From positions 7,200,001 to 7,264,000 of the forward strand of contig OZ245006.1 of NCBI GenBank assembly GCA_965223545.1: 64,000 nucleotides of DNA, in the 5' to 3' direction. The translations under genes were made by a program, and so were the position numbers. This stretch comes from Planctomycetota bacterium (lineage in GTDB: Bacteria > Planctomycetota > UBA1135 > UBA2386). The notes beneath the pieces are model-generated. The model did not search any database, was not told where the DNA came from, and was given only the letters and a program-made list of their open reading frames with translations. This document shows, piece after piece, positions 29,950-39,364 of the stretch (its first letter is position 1; every line of letters starts with the position of its first letter).

Positions 29950-31284
29950 CTAGGCCAGCAAGCGGCGGATGAAGCGCACGGTGAGCCAGGACGCCACCGC
30001 ACTGCCAACGATCAGGCCCGTGACCATCCCGAGCAGGCCGGAGCTCCCGGCAAGCGGCGCGATGTACCGTCCGGCGACCGCCAGCGGGATCGACAGCAGC
30101 ACGTAGCGCACGACGGTCAGGCGCACCCCGGCGCGGGGTTGCTGCACGCCTTCGAACACTGGCCGGAGGATCAAGAAGGGCAGCGCGGCGAGGGCGGCCA
30201 CCGGCAACAGACGGAGAGTGGCGAGGGTCGTATCGCTGATCGGCGCGGTGTCGTCCTGGATGAAGTACGAGACCAGCGGGGCGGCGAACGCGTAGCCCAT
30301 CGCGATGGTCATCAGCAGCGCCGCGATCGCCATCGCCCGCGCCGTTTGCCAGAGTTCGCGCCGCACCCGCGCCGTCTCTCCCTGCGGGCACAGCCGGGCC
30401 ACGTACGGCACCACCGCCACCGCGGTGGCGACCGCCGGCATCAGCGCGAGCATCAGCATGCGCTCGTACACGCCCCAGGAGGCGATCGCCGTCGTCGCGT
30501 CGGGGAGCGTCGTCAGCAGGGCGTTGACCACCGCGCCTTCGATGGCCGCCAGCACGTAGGTCAGGGCGCCCGGCAGTGCCAGGGCCAGGATCGCGGGCAC
30601 CGCTGCCTTCCACTCGCCGGCGGCTTCTGGCCACGGCTGCGCGCGGCGCGCCCGTTCGAGCACCGCGGCCCGCCAGCCGGCGTAGCCGAGCCCCACCAGA
30701 CGCGACACCACGGTGGCCAGGGCGATGCCGAACAGGCCGAGTTCGAGGCCGAAGACGAACCACGCGTTGAGGGCGACGTTGGCGGCCGTCGATGCCAAGC
30801 CGGCGATCATCGTGTCCCGGGTCGAGTGGTGTGCCTTGACGATCGAGTCCGGGTAGATCGACCAGAAACCGGTCAGCGGCATGCCGACCATGACCGTGGT
30901 CGCGTAGAGCGCGATCGCGTCGACCAGGTCCGGCTCCAGGTCGAGGTGTTGCGCCAGCGGCCAAATCGCGGCGCCCAGCAGCATCATCACCGGGACCACG
31001 ACCGACAACAGCTTCAGCATGGCGCGCTTGAGAGCGACCACGCGGGCTTCGTCGCGCCGCCCGAACGCAGCCGACAGCGCGGCGGTGAAGCCGGCCGACA
31101 GACCCACCCACACTGCGATCGAGATCGCCTGGAGTGGCGCGTAGAAGGAGATCGCGGCGACTCCGACCACGCCGTCCGGCAGGGCGGCGGCAAACCCCAT
31201 GTCGACGAACGTGAACAAGAACCGCAGGGTGAACGAGATCACCAGCGGAATTGCGATCCTCGTGAGCGACTTCGACGGTGACAA
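29950..31284 (-). CDS. MATE family efflux transporter
   Basis: About 12 transmembrane helices; motifs IAIPLVIS, NVALNAWFVFGLELGLFGIALAT and LALPGAL. Start estimated. Confidence 0.85.
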   Translation of the reverse strand: MSPSKSLTRIAIPLVISFTLRFLFTFVDMGFAAALPDGVVGVAAISFYAPLQAISIAVWVGLSAGFTAALSAAFGRRDEARVVALKRAMLKLLSVVVPVMMLLGAAIWPLAQHLDLEPDLVDAIALYATTVMVGMPLTGFWSIYPDSIVKAHHSTRDTMIAGLASTAANVALNAWFVFGLELGLFGIALATVVSRLVGLGYAGWRAAVLERARRAQPWPEAAGEWKAAVPAILALALPGALTYVLAAIEGAVVNALLTTLPDATTAIASWGVYERMLMLALMPAVATAVAVVPYVARLCPQGETARVRRELWQTARAMAIAALLMTIAMGYAFAAPLVSYFIQDDTAPISDTTLATLRLLPVAALAALPFLILRPVFEGVQQPRAGVRLTVVRYVLLSIPLAVAGRYIAPLAGSSGLLGMVTGLIVGSAVASWLTVRFIRRLLA

Positions 31285-31347
31285 GCGGGGAGAGGCGTCG
31301 GGGCGGAAGGCCGCGCAGGATACCCACGCCCGCAGCGCTTGGATACG

Positions 31348-31674
31348 ATGCCGGCGCCGATGAGCCCGCCCGTCCCCGTCCGCGCCGCCGCGACCGAAAC
31401 CGTCGAGCAGCCGAAGACCTCGACGCGCACCCAGCTGGCTCCGCCGTGGAACGTCGTCGTGCACGATGACCCGGTGACGCTGATGAGCTACGTGACGCGC
31501 GTCTTCGTCCGGGTCTTCGGCTACAGCGAGCAGAAGGCCCGCCGGCTGATGCTCGAGGTGCACAACACCGGGCGTTCGGTGGTGTGGACCGGCGCGCGCG
31601 AGCAGGCCGAGGCCTACGCGCAGAAACTGCAGGGCTTCCACTTGCGCACCACCCTCGAGCCCGGCACCGAGTGA
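31348..31674 (+). CDS. clpS: ATP-dependent Clp protease adaptor ClpS
   Basis: Motifs WNVVVHDDPVTLMSYV and LMLEVHNTG. Confidence 0.93.
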   Translation: MPAPMSPPVPVRAAATETVEQPKTSTRTQLAPPWNVVVHDDPVTLMSYVTRVFVRVFGYSEQKARRLMLEVHNTGRSVVWTGAREQAEAYAQKLQGFHLRTTLEPGTE

Positions 31675-32150
31675 TGCGGGTGGTGCGCCAAACGGACGGG
31701 GAGCTGCGGGTCAGCGGGTTGGCGCCGCTGCACGTCGACACCCTGATGCAGGTACCGGGCTGGCTCCGGTCCGACGACCCCGCTGTGCGCGGACGGCTCC
31801 TACCCGAGACCTACGAAGATCGCGACGCCGAGGAGCAGTGGCGCCGGTACGCCGCGCCCGAGCTCGAGCACCTGTTCCAATCGCGCGCCGAGATCCTGGC
31901 CAAGGATCTCGAGAGCCTGGAGCAGGAGGGCGCGTTGGCGTTCTCGCTGAGCATTCCCGCGGCGCACGGCACCGCCTGGCTGTCGGCGCTCAACGCGGCC
32001 CGGCTGGCTCTGTTCAGCATGCACTCGCTGAGCGAAGTGGACATGGAGCGCGACCCGGCGGAGCTCGACGACTTCGACGCCGAGCTGGCGCTGATGCGGA
32101 TCCACATCATGGCCTACCTGCAGGAGCTTCTCCTGGACGTCGGCGTGTGA
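31674..32150 (+). CDS. DUF2017-like protein
   Basis: TGATG overlap with clpS; motifs RLLPETY and AWLSALNAARL, and the C-terminal YLQELLL, fit the clpS-linked family. Confidence 0.7.
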   Translation: MRVVRQTDGELRVSGLAPLHVDTLMQVPGWLRSDDPAVRGRLLPETYEDRDAEEQWRRYAAPELEHLFQSRAEILAKDLESLEQEGALAFSLSIPAAHGTAWLSALNAARLALFSMHSLSEVDMERDPAELDDFDAELALMRIHIMAYLQELLLDVGV

Positions 32151-32163
32151 CCGCGGGGGCGGG

Positions 32164-34755
32164 TCAGCGAATCCAGAAGCCGTGCCGGACCTCGTCGTCC
32201 CCGCGGCGCACGCGCAGCAAGTACTGACCGGGGTCGAGGCGCGCGGTGCGCCGGTTGGAGCGTGGCCAGCGCTCTTGGTGCAGGCCGGCGGAGCCGGCGC
32301 CCTCGCGCTCGTAGATCACTTCGCCGTCCGCGTCGAGCACCGCGAGCTGCACCGCGTCGCCGTCGCTGCCGAGCCAGTAGTGGAACACTGCCCCGGCTGA
32401 CGGTTCTTCGGCGCGCCAGGTGCGGGCGCCGGTGTAGCCGCGGCTGAACTCGTGGCCGAGTCGGACGCCGGGGCGCGGCTCGAACACGTGCAGGCCGGCG
32501 GTCGCCGCCCTGCCGAACTCGGCGAGCGGCGTGATGTCGCAGATGTAGAAGCCGCGGCCGTGCGTGGCGGCGATGGCGTCCTCCTCGCGCGGGTGTACGA
32601 CCAAGTCGTGCACCGGTGCCGGCGGCATGCCCGCACCGAGTGGCAGCCAGTGACGGCCGCCGTCGAGTGAGACGTGCACGCCGGCCTCGTGGCCGACCAG
32701 CAGACAGTCGGGGTTGCGCGGATGTTCGCGGATCACGTTGATGCAGGCCGGCGGCAGGTCGTTGTGTATCGGCCGGAAGCTCTCGCCACCGTCCGTCGTC
32801 AGGTACAAGAACGGAGCGCGCAAATCCTCGCGGTAGCCGGTGAACGCGACGTACGCGACGTCCTCGTCGGCGTGCGATGGCTCGATTCGGCTCACCCAGA
32901 GCGGCATCGGCATTCCTTCGAACCGCTCGGTGAGGTCTACCCAGCGCCGGCCGCCGGTGCGGCTGACCCAGACCTTGCCATCGTCGGTGCCGGCCCACAG
33001 CAGTCCCGGCCGCAGCGTGGACTCGGCCAGCGTCGTGATCGTGCAGTGGGGCACGTTGCCGGCGATCCGCGCCGCATCGCCCGTGCTCAGATCGGGGCTG
33101 ATCGTCTGCCAGTCGTCGCCGCGGTTGCGCGAACGGTGCACGAATTGCGAGCCGACGTAGACCGTCTCGGTGTTGTGGGGCGAAATGACGATCGGCGTCA
33201 TCCAGTTGAAGCGCAGCGTCGCCTGACCGCGCTCGGCGCGGGGCTTGATGCTTCGGCGCTCACCGGTGCGCAGGTTCTGGCGCGACATGCCACCGAACTG
33301 GCTCTCGGAGTAGACCACGTCGGGTTCGCGGGGGTCGATGACGGCGTAGAAGCCGTCGCCGCCGCCGACGCGGACGGCGGCGTCGGGGCCGATCGGCCGG
33401 GTCGTGGTCGAGCGACTGGGGACCGACCAGGTGCCGTTGTCCTGCAGGCCGCCATAGACGCGGTACGGCGTGCGCAGATCGACGCCGACCGCATAGAACT
33501 GACCGATGGGCAGGTGGTTGAACGTGTCCCAGTGAGCGCCGCTGTCCCAGGTCTCGGCCAGCCCGCCATCGTTGCCGAGCAGCGCGTGGTTGGGGTGCTG
33601 CGGATCGATCCACAGCGCGTGGTGATCGACGTGCAGGCCGCGGCCGAAGTCGGTGCTCCAGGTCTTGCCGCCGTCGGTGGTCTTGTGCACCGGCACCGAC
33701 AGCACGTACACCGTGTCGGCATCGGTGGGGTCGACCACGATCTGGCCGTAGTAGTAGCCGGGAGTGCCGCCGACCGGGCGCTCGTTGACCTTGGTCCAGT
33801 TGTCCCCCCCGTCATCGCTGCGATAGACCTCGCCCGTGCCGGAGTCCGGATCGCGTCGACTGGCCCGGCGGCCGCGGCCGCTGCGCGCGGCAAGCATGGC
33901 GGCCGGGTCGGCGTTCTCGACCACGGCGTAGACGATGTCCGGGTCGCCGGCGAACAGCGCCAGGCCGATGCGGCCGAGGGCACCCTCGGGCAGCCCGCCC
34001 TCGAGGCGGGTCCAGGAGTCGCCGCCATCGGTCGACTTGTGGATCGCGCTGCCGGGGCCGGCCGGGTCGAAGTGGTGTGCGCGGCGCCGGCGCTCGTAGG
34101 TGGCGGCGTAGACGGTGTCGGGGTCGTGGGGATCGATGACCACGTCGACGCAGCCGACGGATGGGCCGGGTTGCAGCACTGCCTGCCAGTGCGCGCCGCC
34201 GTCGGTGCTGCGGTACAGTCCGCGCTGCTCGCTGTCGGTGTAGAGCGCACCCAGGGTGGCGACGTAGACGACCTCGGGGTTGGTCGGGTGTACCGCAATC
34301 CGACCGATGTGCTCGCTGTGGCGCAGGCCGCAGTGGGTCCAGCTCTCGCCGCCGTCGATCGAACGGTAGACGCCGTCGCCCCAGTACGAGCTGCGCTGAT
34401 TGTTGGCCTCGCCGGTGCCGACCCACACCGTGCGCGGCGCGGAGGGCGCCAGCGTCACGGCGCCGATCGAAAACTGGCCGGTGTCGTCGAACACCGGCCG
34501 AAAGGTCGTGCCGGCGTTGTCGGTCTTCCACAGGCCGCCGCTGCCGGTCGCCACGTACCACGTCGCCGGCGCGGTGGGGTCGACGTCGATGTCGACGATG
34601 CGGCCGCCGAAGTTGACCGGCCCGATCGAGCGCCAGCGCAGGCCTTGCAGCGCGTCGCCGTCCAACGCGGGCTGCGCCGTCGCCGGGGAGATGGCCGTCA
34701 GCGAGGCCAGCCCAGCGAGGGCCAGCGCGGGGAGAGCGTGGGCGGTGGGGGTCAT
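32164..34755 (-). CDS. Secreted Vps10/sortilin-like BNR (Asp-box) beta-propeller protein
   Basis: Motifs WRSIGP..GGRI, repeated S/TxDGGxxW, VDHHALWIDP, GGLQDNG and ATHGRG. Confidence 0.88.
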   Translation of the reverse strand: MTPTAHALPALALAGLASLTAISPATAQPALDGDALQGLRWRSIGPVNFGGRIVDIDVDPTAPATWYVATGSGGLWKTDNAGTTFRPVFDDTGQFSIGAVTLAPSAPRTVWVGTGEANNQRSSYWGDGVYRSIDGGESWTHCGLRHSEHIGRIAVHPTNPEVVYVATLGALYTDSEQRGLYRSTDGGAHWQAVLQPGPSVGCVDVVIDPHDPDTVYAATYERRRRAHHFDPAGPGSAIHKSTDGGDSWTRLEGGLPEGALGRIGLALFAGDPDIVYAVVENADPAAMLAARSGRGRRASRRDPDSGTGEVYRSDDGGDNWTKVNERPVGGTPGYYYGQIVVDPTDADTVYVLSVPVHKTTDGGKTWSTDFGRGLHVDHHALWIDPQHPNHALLGNDGGLAETWDSGAHWDTFNHLPIGQFYAVGVDLRTPYRVYGGLQDNGTWSVPSRSTTTRPIGPDAAVRVGGGDGFYAVIDPREPDVVYSESQFGGMSRQNLRTGERRSIKPRAERGQATLRFNWMTPIVISPHNTETVYVGSQFVHRSRNRGDDWQTISPDLSTGDAARIAGNVPHCTITTLAESTLRPGLLWAGTDDGKVWVSRTGGRRWVDLTERFEGMPMPLWVSRIEPSHADEDVAYVAFTGYREDLRAPFLYLTTDGGESFRPIHNDLPPACINVIREHPRNPDCLLVGHEAGVHVSLDGGRHWLPLGAGMPPAPVHDLVVHPREEDAIAATHGRGFYICDITPLAEFGRAATAGLHVFEPRPGVRLGHEFSRGYTGARTWRAEEPSAGAVFHYWLGSDGDAVQLAVLDADGEVIYEREGAGSAGLHQERWPRSNRRTARLDPGQYLLRVRRGDDEVRHGFWIR

Positions 34756-37745
34756 CGCGGGGTCTCCGCGCGCTCGGCGTCGAGGGAGGTGGTCGGATCG
34801 GGGAGTAGCACGATGGCGCGCCGCTGCTCGAAGTCGTCGAGGCGGAGCACTGCGGTGTAGCTGCCGGGGGTTGCCGGCGCAGGCCGTGGACCGGGGGAGC
34901 GGCCGCGCCGGCGGCCGCCGCTGCGGCCGCTCGGATCCCATTGCAGGCGTTGTAGGCCGGCGCTGGCCGCGCCCTCGAGGCGGGCCAGCGATTGTCCCTC
35001 GATGTCGAGGATCTCCACCGTCGGCGCCGCGCTCGGGGTCGCGCGTAGCCAGAGGTAGATCGTGGCGCCCGCTGGCGGGTTGGAGGCACGCCAATCGCGG
35101 TTGCCGGTTAAGCTGCGGCTGCGCGTGCGCCACAGGATCGCCGGCGCCGGCGTCAACAGGTGGATATCCTCGGCCGCGACCTCGGCGTCGAGCTGGCGCA
35201 GGGGCGCGATGTCGACCACCCAGAGGCCGCGGCCGTGCGTGGCGGCCACCAGGTCGGCGTCGCGGTCTTGGATGGCGAGGTCGCGCACGGCGACGGTCGG
35301 CAGCTTGGAGCCCAGCGGCAACCACGCCGCGCCGCGGTCGAGCGACACCCAGCAACCGAACTCGGTGCCCAAGAACAGCAGATCCTCGCGGGTCGGATCC
35401 TCGACCAGGATGTGGCAGGGGGCGTCGGGCAGTGTGTCGGCCAACGATTGCCAAGTGGCGCCGCGATCCCCGCTGACGTAGACGTGGCTCGAGAAGTCGT
35501 CCGAGCGGTGGCCGTCGAGGGTGACGTAGACCCGGTCGGCGTCGTGTGCCGAGGCGGTGATCGAGCTGACGTAGCGCGGTCCGCCGGCGTGGGGCAGGCG
35601 CGCGTGCAGCTCCTCCCACTGGCGGCCGTCGTCGACGCTGCGCCAGAGGGCGCCATCGTCGGTGCCGACGAACAGGACACCGGCCTCGACCGGCGATTCC
35701 GCCATCGCGGTGGCGGTGCCGCGTGCCGACAGGCCGAGTGGGTCGGAGGTCAGCTGCCGACTGGCGCCGCCGCGGTCGACCGAGCGGTGGGCGTGGGCGC
35801 CGGCGAAGTAGAGCACGCGCGAGTTGTGCGGCGAGAGGAAGAACGGGGTGTCCCAGTTGAATGCGCCGGCACCCCGCGGCCGATCGACGCGCGTCGATCG
35901 ACCCGTGCGCAGATCGACCCGGCCGATGTTCCCGTTCTGGCTGGTGGCGTACACGGTGTCCGGATCGAGCGGGTCGGCGTGGGCGCGAAACCCGTCGCCG
36001 GAGTAGATCTTGAACCAGTCCGCGGCCGTGATGCCCTCGCGGAACGAGGTGCGCGAGGGGCCGCCCCAGGTGCCGTTGTCCTGCAGGCCGCCGAACACGC
36101 GGTAGGGCACGCTCTGGTCGACGCCGGCGTGGTAGAACTGGCCGATCGGCAGGTTGTCGACGATCTCCCAGGTCCGGCCACCGTCGCGGGTCTCGTTGAG
36201 ACCGCCGTCGCAGGCGGCCAACAAGTGGCCGGAGCTCGTCGGGTCGATCCACACGTCGTGGAAGTCGACGTGGATGCCCCGGTTGATCGGCTGGAAGTCG
36301 CTGCCGCCGTCGTGGCTGCCGTACAGCTGGACGCCGACCGAGTAGAGCCGCTGGTCGTCGCGCGGGTCGACGCGGATCACGCTGTAGTAGAACGGGCGCT
36401 CGGTGAGACTGTTGAGCCGCCGCCAGGTCTGGCCGCGGTCGTCGGAGCGGAACACTCCGCCGGTCTCGAAGCCGCGCTCGCCCTGGCTGTCCTGCACGTT
36501 CGCGTTCTGGCCGCCCAGCCGGCCGGCGTTCGGCCCGCCCGGTGCGGTGCTCGGTGGGCCGCGACGTCGCAGGCCCGGTCGCTCGCCGTAGGTCAGCTCG
36601 ACCTCGAGCTGTTGCTCGCCGCGGCGCACCACCAGGGTCGCGCGGTCGCCGGCGGTCGAGGCGCCAAACTGCTCGGCCGCGTCCTCCCAGCTGCCGATCT
36701 CGTCGTCGCCGATGCGAACGATGACGTCGCCGGAGGCGAGGCCGGCCTGCGCCGCCGGGCCGCCCTTGGTGACCAGGTCGAGCCGCGCTCCCGGTGCACC
36801 ATCGCCGCCGAGTACCCCGACGTAGCCACGGTCGGCGTCGGCGTCCTCCTCGTCGGGTGGCGAGCGCCGCTCACCGTCGGCCCAGCCGCTGCGCTCGGTC
36901 TCGATGATGGCGAACACGGTCGCCGGGTTCGCGGCGTAGAGGTCGATGCCGGCGCGCCCCCAGCGACAGGTCGGCAGACCGTCGCTGAGTCGCTGCCAGT
37001 GGTCGCCGCCGTCGTCGCTGCGCCACAGGCCGGAGCCGTCGCCGAATCGTTGCGCGGGGTCGTTGCTGTCGAACTCGTCGCGCCAGCGCTCATAGGAGAC
37101 GGCGTAGACGACGCGCGGGTTCTGCGGGTCGATCCGCACGTCGATGCAGCCGGTGCGGTCGTCGATGGCCAGTACGTGCTCCCACGTGTCGCCGCCGTCG
37201 CGGGTGCGAAACAGACCCCGCTCGGGGTTGCGCCCCCAGAGCCGGCCGAGCGCGGCGACGAACACCACGTCGGCGTCGGTCGGGTGGATCGCGATGTGGC
37301 CGATCTGGAAGCTGGCGGCGAGGCCCATGTGCCGGAAGGTGTCGCCGCCGTCGGTCGACTTGTAGACCCCGTCGCCCCATTGCACCGAGTTGCGCGCGTT
37401 CTCCTCACCGGTGCCGACCCAGACGACGTCGGGATCGGACGGAGCGATCGCGACATCGCCGATCGACGCTGTCGGATAGTGGTCGAACACCGGCGTCCAC
37501 GTCGTGCCCGCGTTGGTGGTGCGCCACAGCCCGCCACCACCGGTGGCGACGAACCACACCCACGGCGTTTGCGGCACCACTTCGACGTTGGTGATGCGTC
37601 CGCCCATGTTGGTCGGACCGAGGTTGCGCCACTCCAGAGCGCTGAGCTGGTCGGCGGCGATGCCGAGCGATGGCGCGGGTGCGGCGTCCTGCTGAGCGAG
37701 AGCTGGGCAGCAGCAGACGAGGGCGGCGAGGGCGGTCTGGCGCAT
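34752..37745 (-). CDS. Secreted Vps10/sortilin-like BNR protein with an internal PDZ domain
   Basis: Same family motifs as its neighbour, plus GYVGV...GGPAAQAGLASGDVIVRIG. Confidence 0.88.
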   Translation of the reverse strand: MRQTALAALVCCCPALAQQDAAPAPSLGIAADQLSALEWRNLGPTNMGGRITNVEVVPQTPWVWFVATGGGGLWRTTNAGTTWTPVFDHYPTASIGDVAIAPSDPDVVWVGTGEENARNSVQWGDGVYKSTDGGDTFRHMGLAASFQIGHIAIHPTDADVVFVAALGRLWGRNPERGLFRTRDGGDTWEHVLAIDDRTGCIDVRIDPQNPRVVYAVSYERWRDEFDSNDPAQRFGDGSGLWRSDDGGDHWQRLSDGLPTCRWGRAGIDLYAANPATVFAIIETERSGWADGERRSPPDEEDADADRGYVGVLGGDGAPGARLDLVTKGGPAAQAGLASGDVIVRIGDDEIGSWEDAAEQFGASTAGDRATLVVRRGEQQLEVELTYGERPGLRRRGPPSTAPGGPNAGRLGGQNANVQDSQGERGFETGGVFRSDDRGQTWRRLNSLTERPFYYSVIRVDPRDDQRLYSVGVQLYGSHDGGSDFQPINRGIHVDFHDVWIDPTSSGHLLAACDGGLNETRDGGRTWEIVDNLPIGQFYHAGVDQSVPYRVFGGLQDNGTWGGPSRTSFREGITAADWFKIYSGDGFRAHADPLDPDTVYATSQNGNIGRVDLRTGRSTRVDRPRGAGAFNWDTPFFLSPHNSRVLYFAGAHAHRSVDRGGASRQLTSDPLGLSARGTATAMAESPVEAGVLFVGTDDGALWRSVDDGRQWEELHARLPHAGGPRYVSSITASAHDADRVYVTLDGHRSDDFSSHVYVSGDRGATWQSLADTLPDAPCHILVEDPTREDLLFLGTEFGCWVSLDRGAAWLPLGSKLPTVAVRDLAIQDRDADLVAATHGRGLWVVDIAPLRQLDAEVAAEDIHLLTPAPAILWRTRSRSLTGNRDWRASNPPAGATIYLWLRATPSAAPTVEILDIEGQSLARLEGAASAGLQRLQWDPSGRSGGRRRGRSPGPRPAPATPGSYTAVLRLDDFEQRRAIVLLPDPTTSLDAERAETPR

Positions 37746-37854
37746 CAATGGAGCCTCGTGCGTCCGGGGGGCGCGGCAGAATACGCTGCCCGCCGCTCCG
37801 GCGGTTGTGTCGATTTCGTCGAACCGCGCGGGTCAGGTCGGCCGCGGCCCCGGG

Positions 37855-38418
37855 TCACCCATCGCACCGCGGGTTGGCGGGCATCTCGGGCTCGAGGTCG
37901 ACACCGAGCGCGTCCGCCACCCGGTTGATGTAGTTGAAGTAGCTCGCCACCTGCACGGTGGCGTGGATCTCCCGGTCGCTCGCGCCGTGTCCGCGCAGGC
38001 GATCGATATCTGCGCGCCGGCACGCGCTGGGGTGCAGGGTCAACTTCTCGGCATACGCGAGCAGCGCCGACTGCGCGGCGGTCAGCGCCAAAGTGGGGTC
38101 GTCGGCCAGCAGCGCGTCGCGCAGCGCGGGGGGGGCCTCGGCACGGAGGTCCGCTCGGTGCGCGTGCGTTCAGTAGTGACAGTGGTTGAGGCGCGAGACC
38201 CGCACCGCGATCAGCTCGCGGAACCAGCGCGGCAGCGGCGCATCGGGCGCGGTCGTGGTCGCCGCGTACAGCTGCAGCGAAGCGTTGAGGGTGGCGGCGT
38301 CCAGCGACTGCAGCCTGACGATGCCGAACACGCGACCGGCGCGGCGCACTGCGGCGTCGAAGATGCGCCGCAGCCGGCCGTCGGCGGCGTCGTCGGCGCT
38401 GGTTTCGATCCAGGCCAT
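37855..38418 (-). CDS. AhpD-like/CMD-family peroxidase-related protein, probable selenoprotein (CxxU, UGA at 38170-38172)
   Basis: RELIAVRVSRLNHCHY-UGA-THAH continues in frame into AYAEKLT...YFNYINRVADALGV, which joins two ORF-finder fragments. Confidence 0.85.
38141..38161 (-). promoter_or_regulatory. Putative bacterial SECIS element
   Basis: GCAC-C-GAG-CGGAC-CUC-C-GUGC hairpin. The loop starts 16 nt after the UGA and has G at loop position 2. Confidence 0.45.
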
Positions 38419-38452
38419 GGCGCTGCCAGCGGAGCGCGTGTGGCGGATCGCG

Positions 38453-39241
38453 TCAAGGCGCGGCGTCGCGGTGCCGGCGGCTGCGCAAGAGGACGAACAT
38501 GCGCTCGTCGCCGGCGTCGCTGGCCGGGTCCGAGCGGTCGACATCGCCGCGGTGCAGCCGGGAGAGGACGTCCCAGCCGGTGCGTTCGAGCAGGCGCAGC
38601 AGCCCTTCGGGCGTGAACACCCAGAAGTTGGACGCGTCCGCGTTGCACTCCGCCGCGTCGACGAGATAGGCGAGCGGCCACGGCGCCAGCGGGGTCTCGC
38701 GGTCGGGCGCGCGGCGCGCGACGCGCGTGCTGAGGAAGCAGTACTCGGTCTGGGTCGCCAGGGTCTCGAGCACGCCGAACGGGTTCTTGAGGTGGTAGAG
38801 GATGCCGAGCAGGAAGACGAGGCCGTAGTCACTGCGCGGCAGGCGCAGGGCGCGGTCGAGATCGACGTCGTGCACCTCCACCGCACCGCCGAGGTCGGCC
38901 GCCAGCCGGTGTGCTCCCGCGAGCTGGTTGAAGTTGCTCTCGCCGTGGTCGATGACGTCGCACGCCACGCCGAGCGAGGCCAGCAGAAACGACAGGTCGC
39001 CGTCGGCGGCGCCGACGTCGGCGACTCTCCGTCCGCCGATGAGCGCCGCGAGATCGCGCTGGTCGCCGGCGAGCATCGCGTCCAGGTGCCAGAGGTTGGC
39101 GAGGATGTCGTACGGGTACCAAAAGCCTTCCCCGGCCTCGAGTTGTTGTTTTCGGTGTAGCAAATCTTGGCCGAACGCGCGGGCCACCGGCAGCAAGGCG
39201 CGTATGTCGGTGAGCGGGGAAGAACCGGGGTCGGCGGCCAT
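38453..39241 (-). CDS. Class I SAM-dependent methyltransferase
   Basis: Motif I VADVGAADG and YGLVFLLGILYHLKNP. Confidence 0.82.
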   Translation of the reverse strand: MAADPGSSPLTDIRALLPVARAFGQDLLHRKQQLEAGEGFWYPYDILANLWHLDAMLAGDQRDLAALIGGRRVADVGAADGDLSFLLASLGVACDVIDHGESNFNQLAGAHRLAADLGGAVEVHDVDLDRALRLPRSDYGLVFLLGILYHLKNPFGVLETLATQTEYCFLSTRVARRAPDRETPLAPWPLAYLVDAAECNADASNFWVFTPEGLLRLLERTGWDVLSRLHRGDVDRSDPASDAGDERMFVLLRSRRHRDAAP

Positions 39242-39364
39242 CGGCGGCGCAGATCTTGCGCCAACCACGGCGGCACGGCAACCGCGACTCGCCGCGCCGC
39301 GGCGCAGCGAAAATGATACGCTGCATGCCTTCTCCCCGCGTTCGGGTTGAACGGAGACCTGCTC

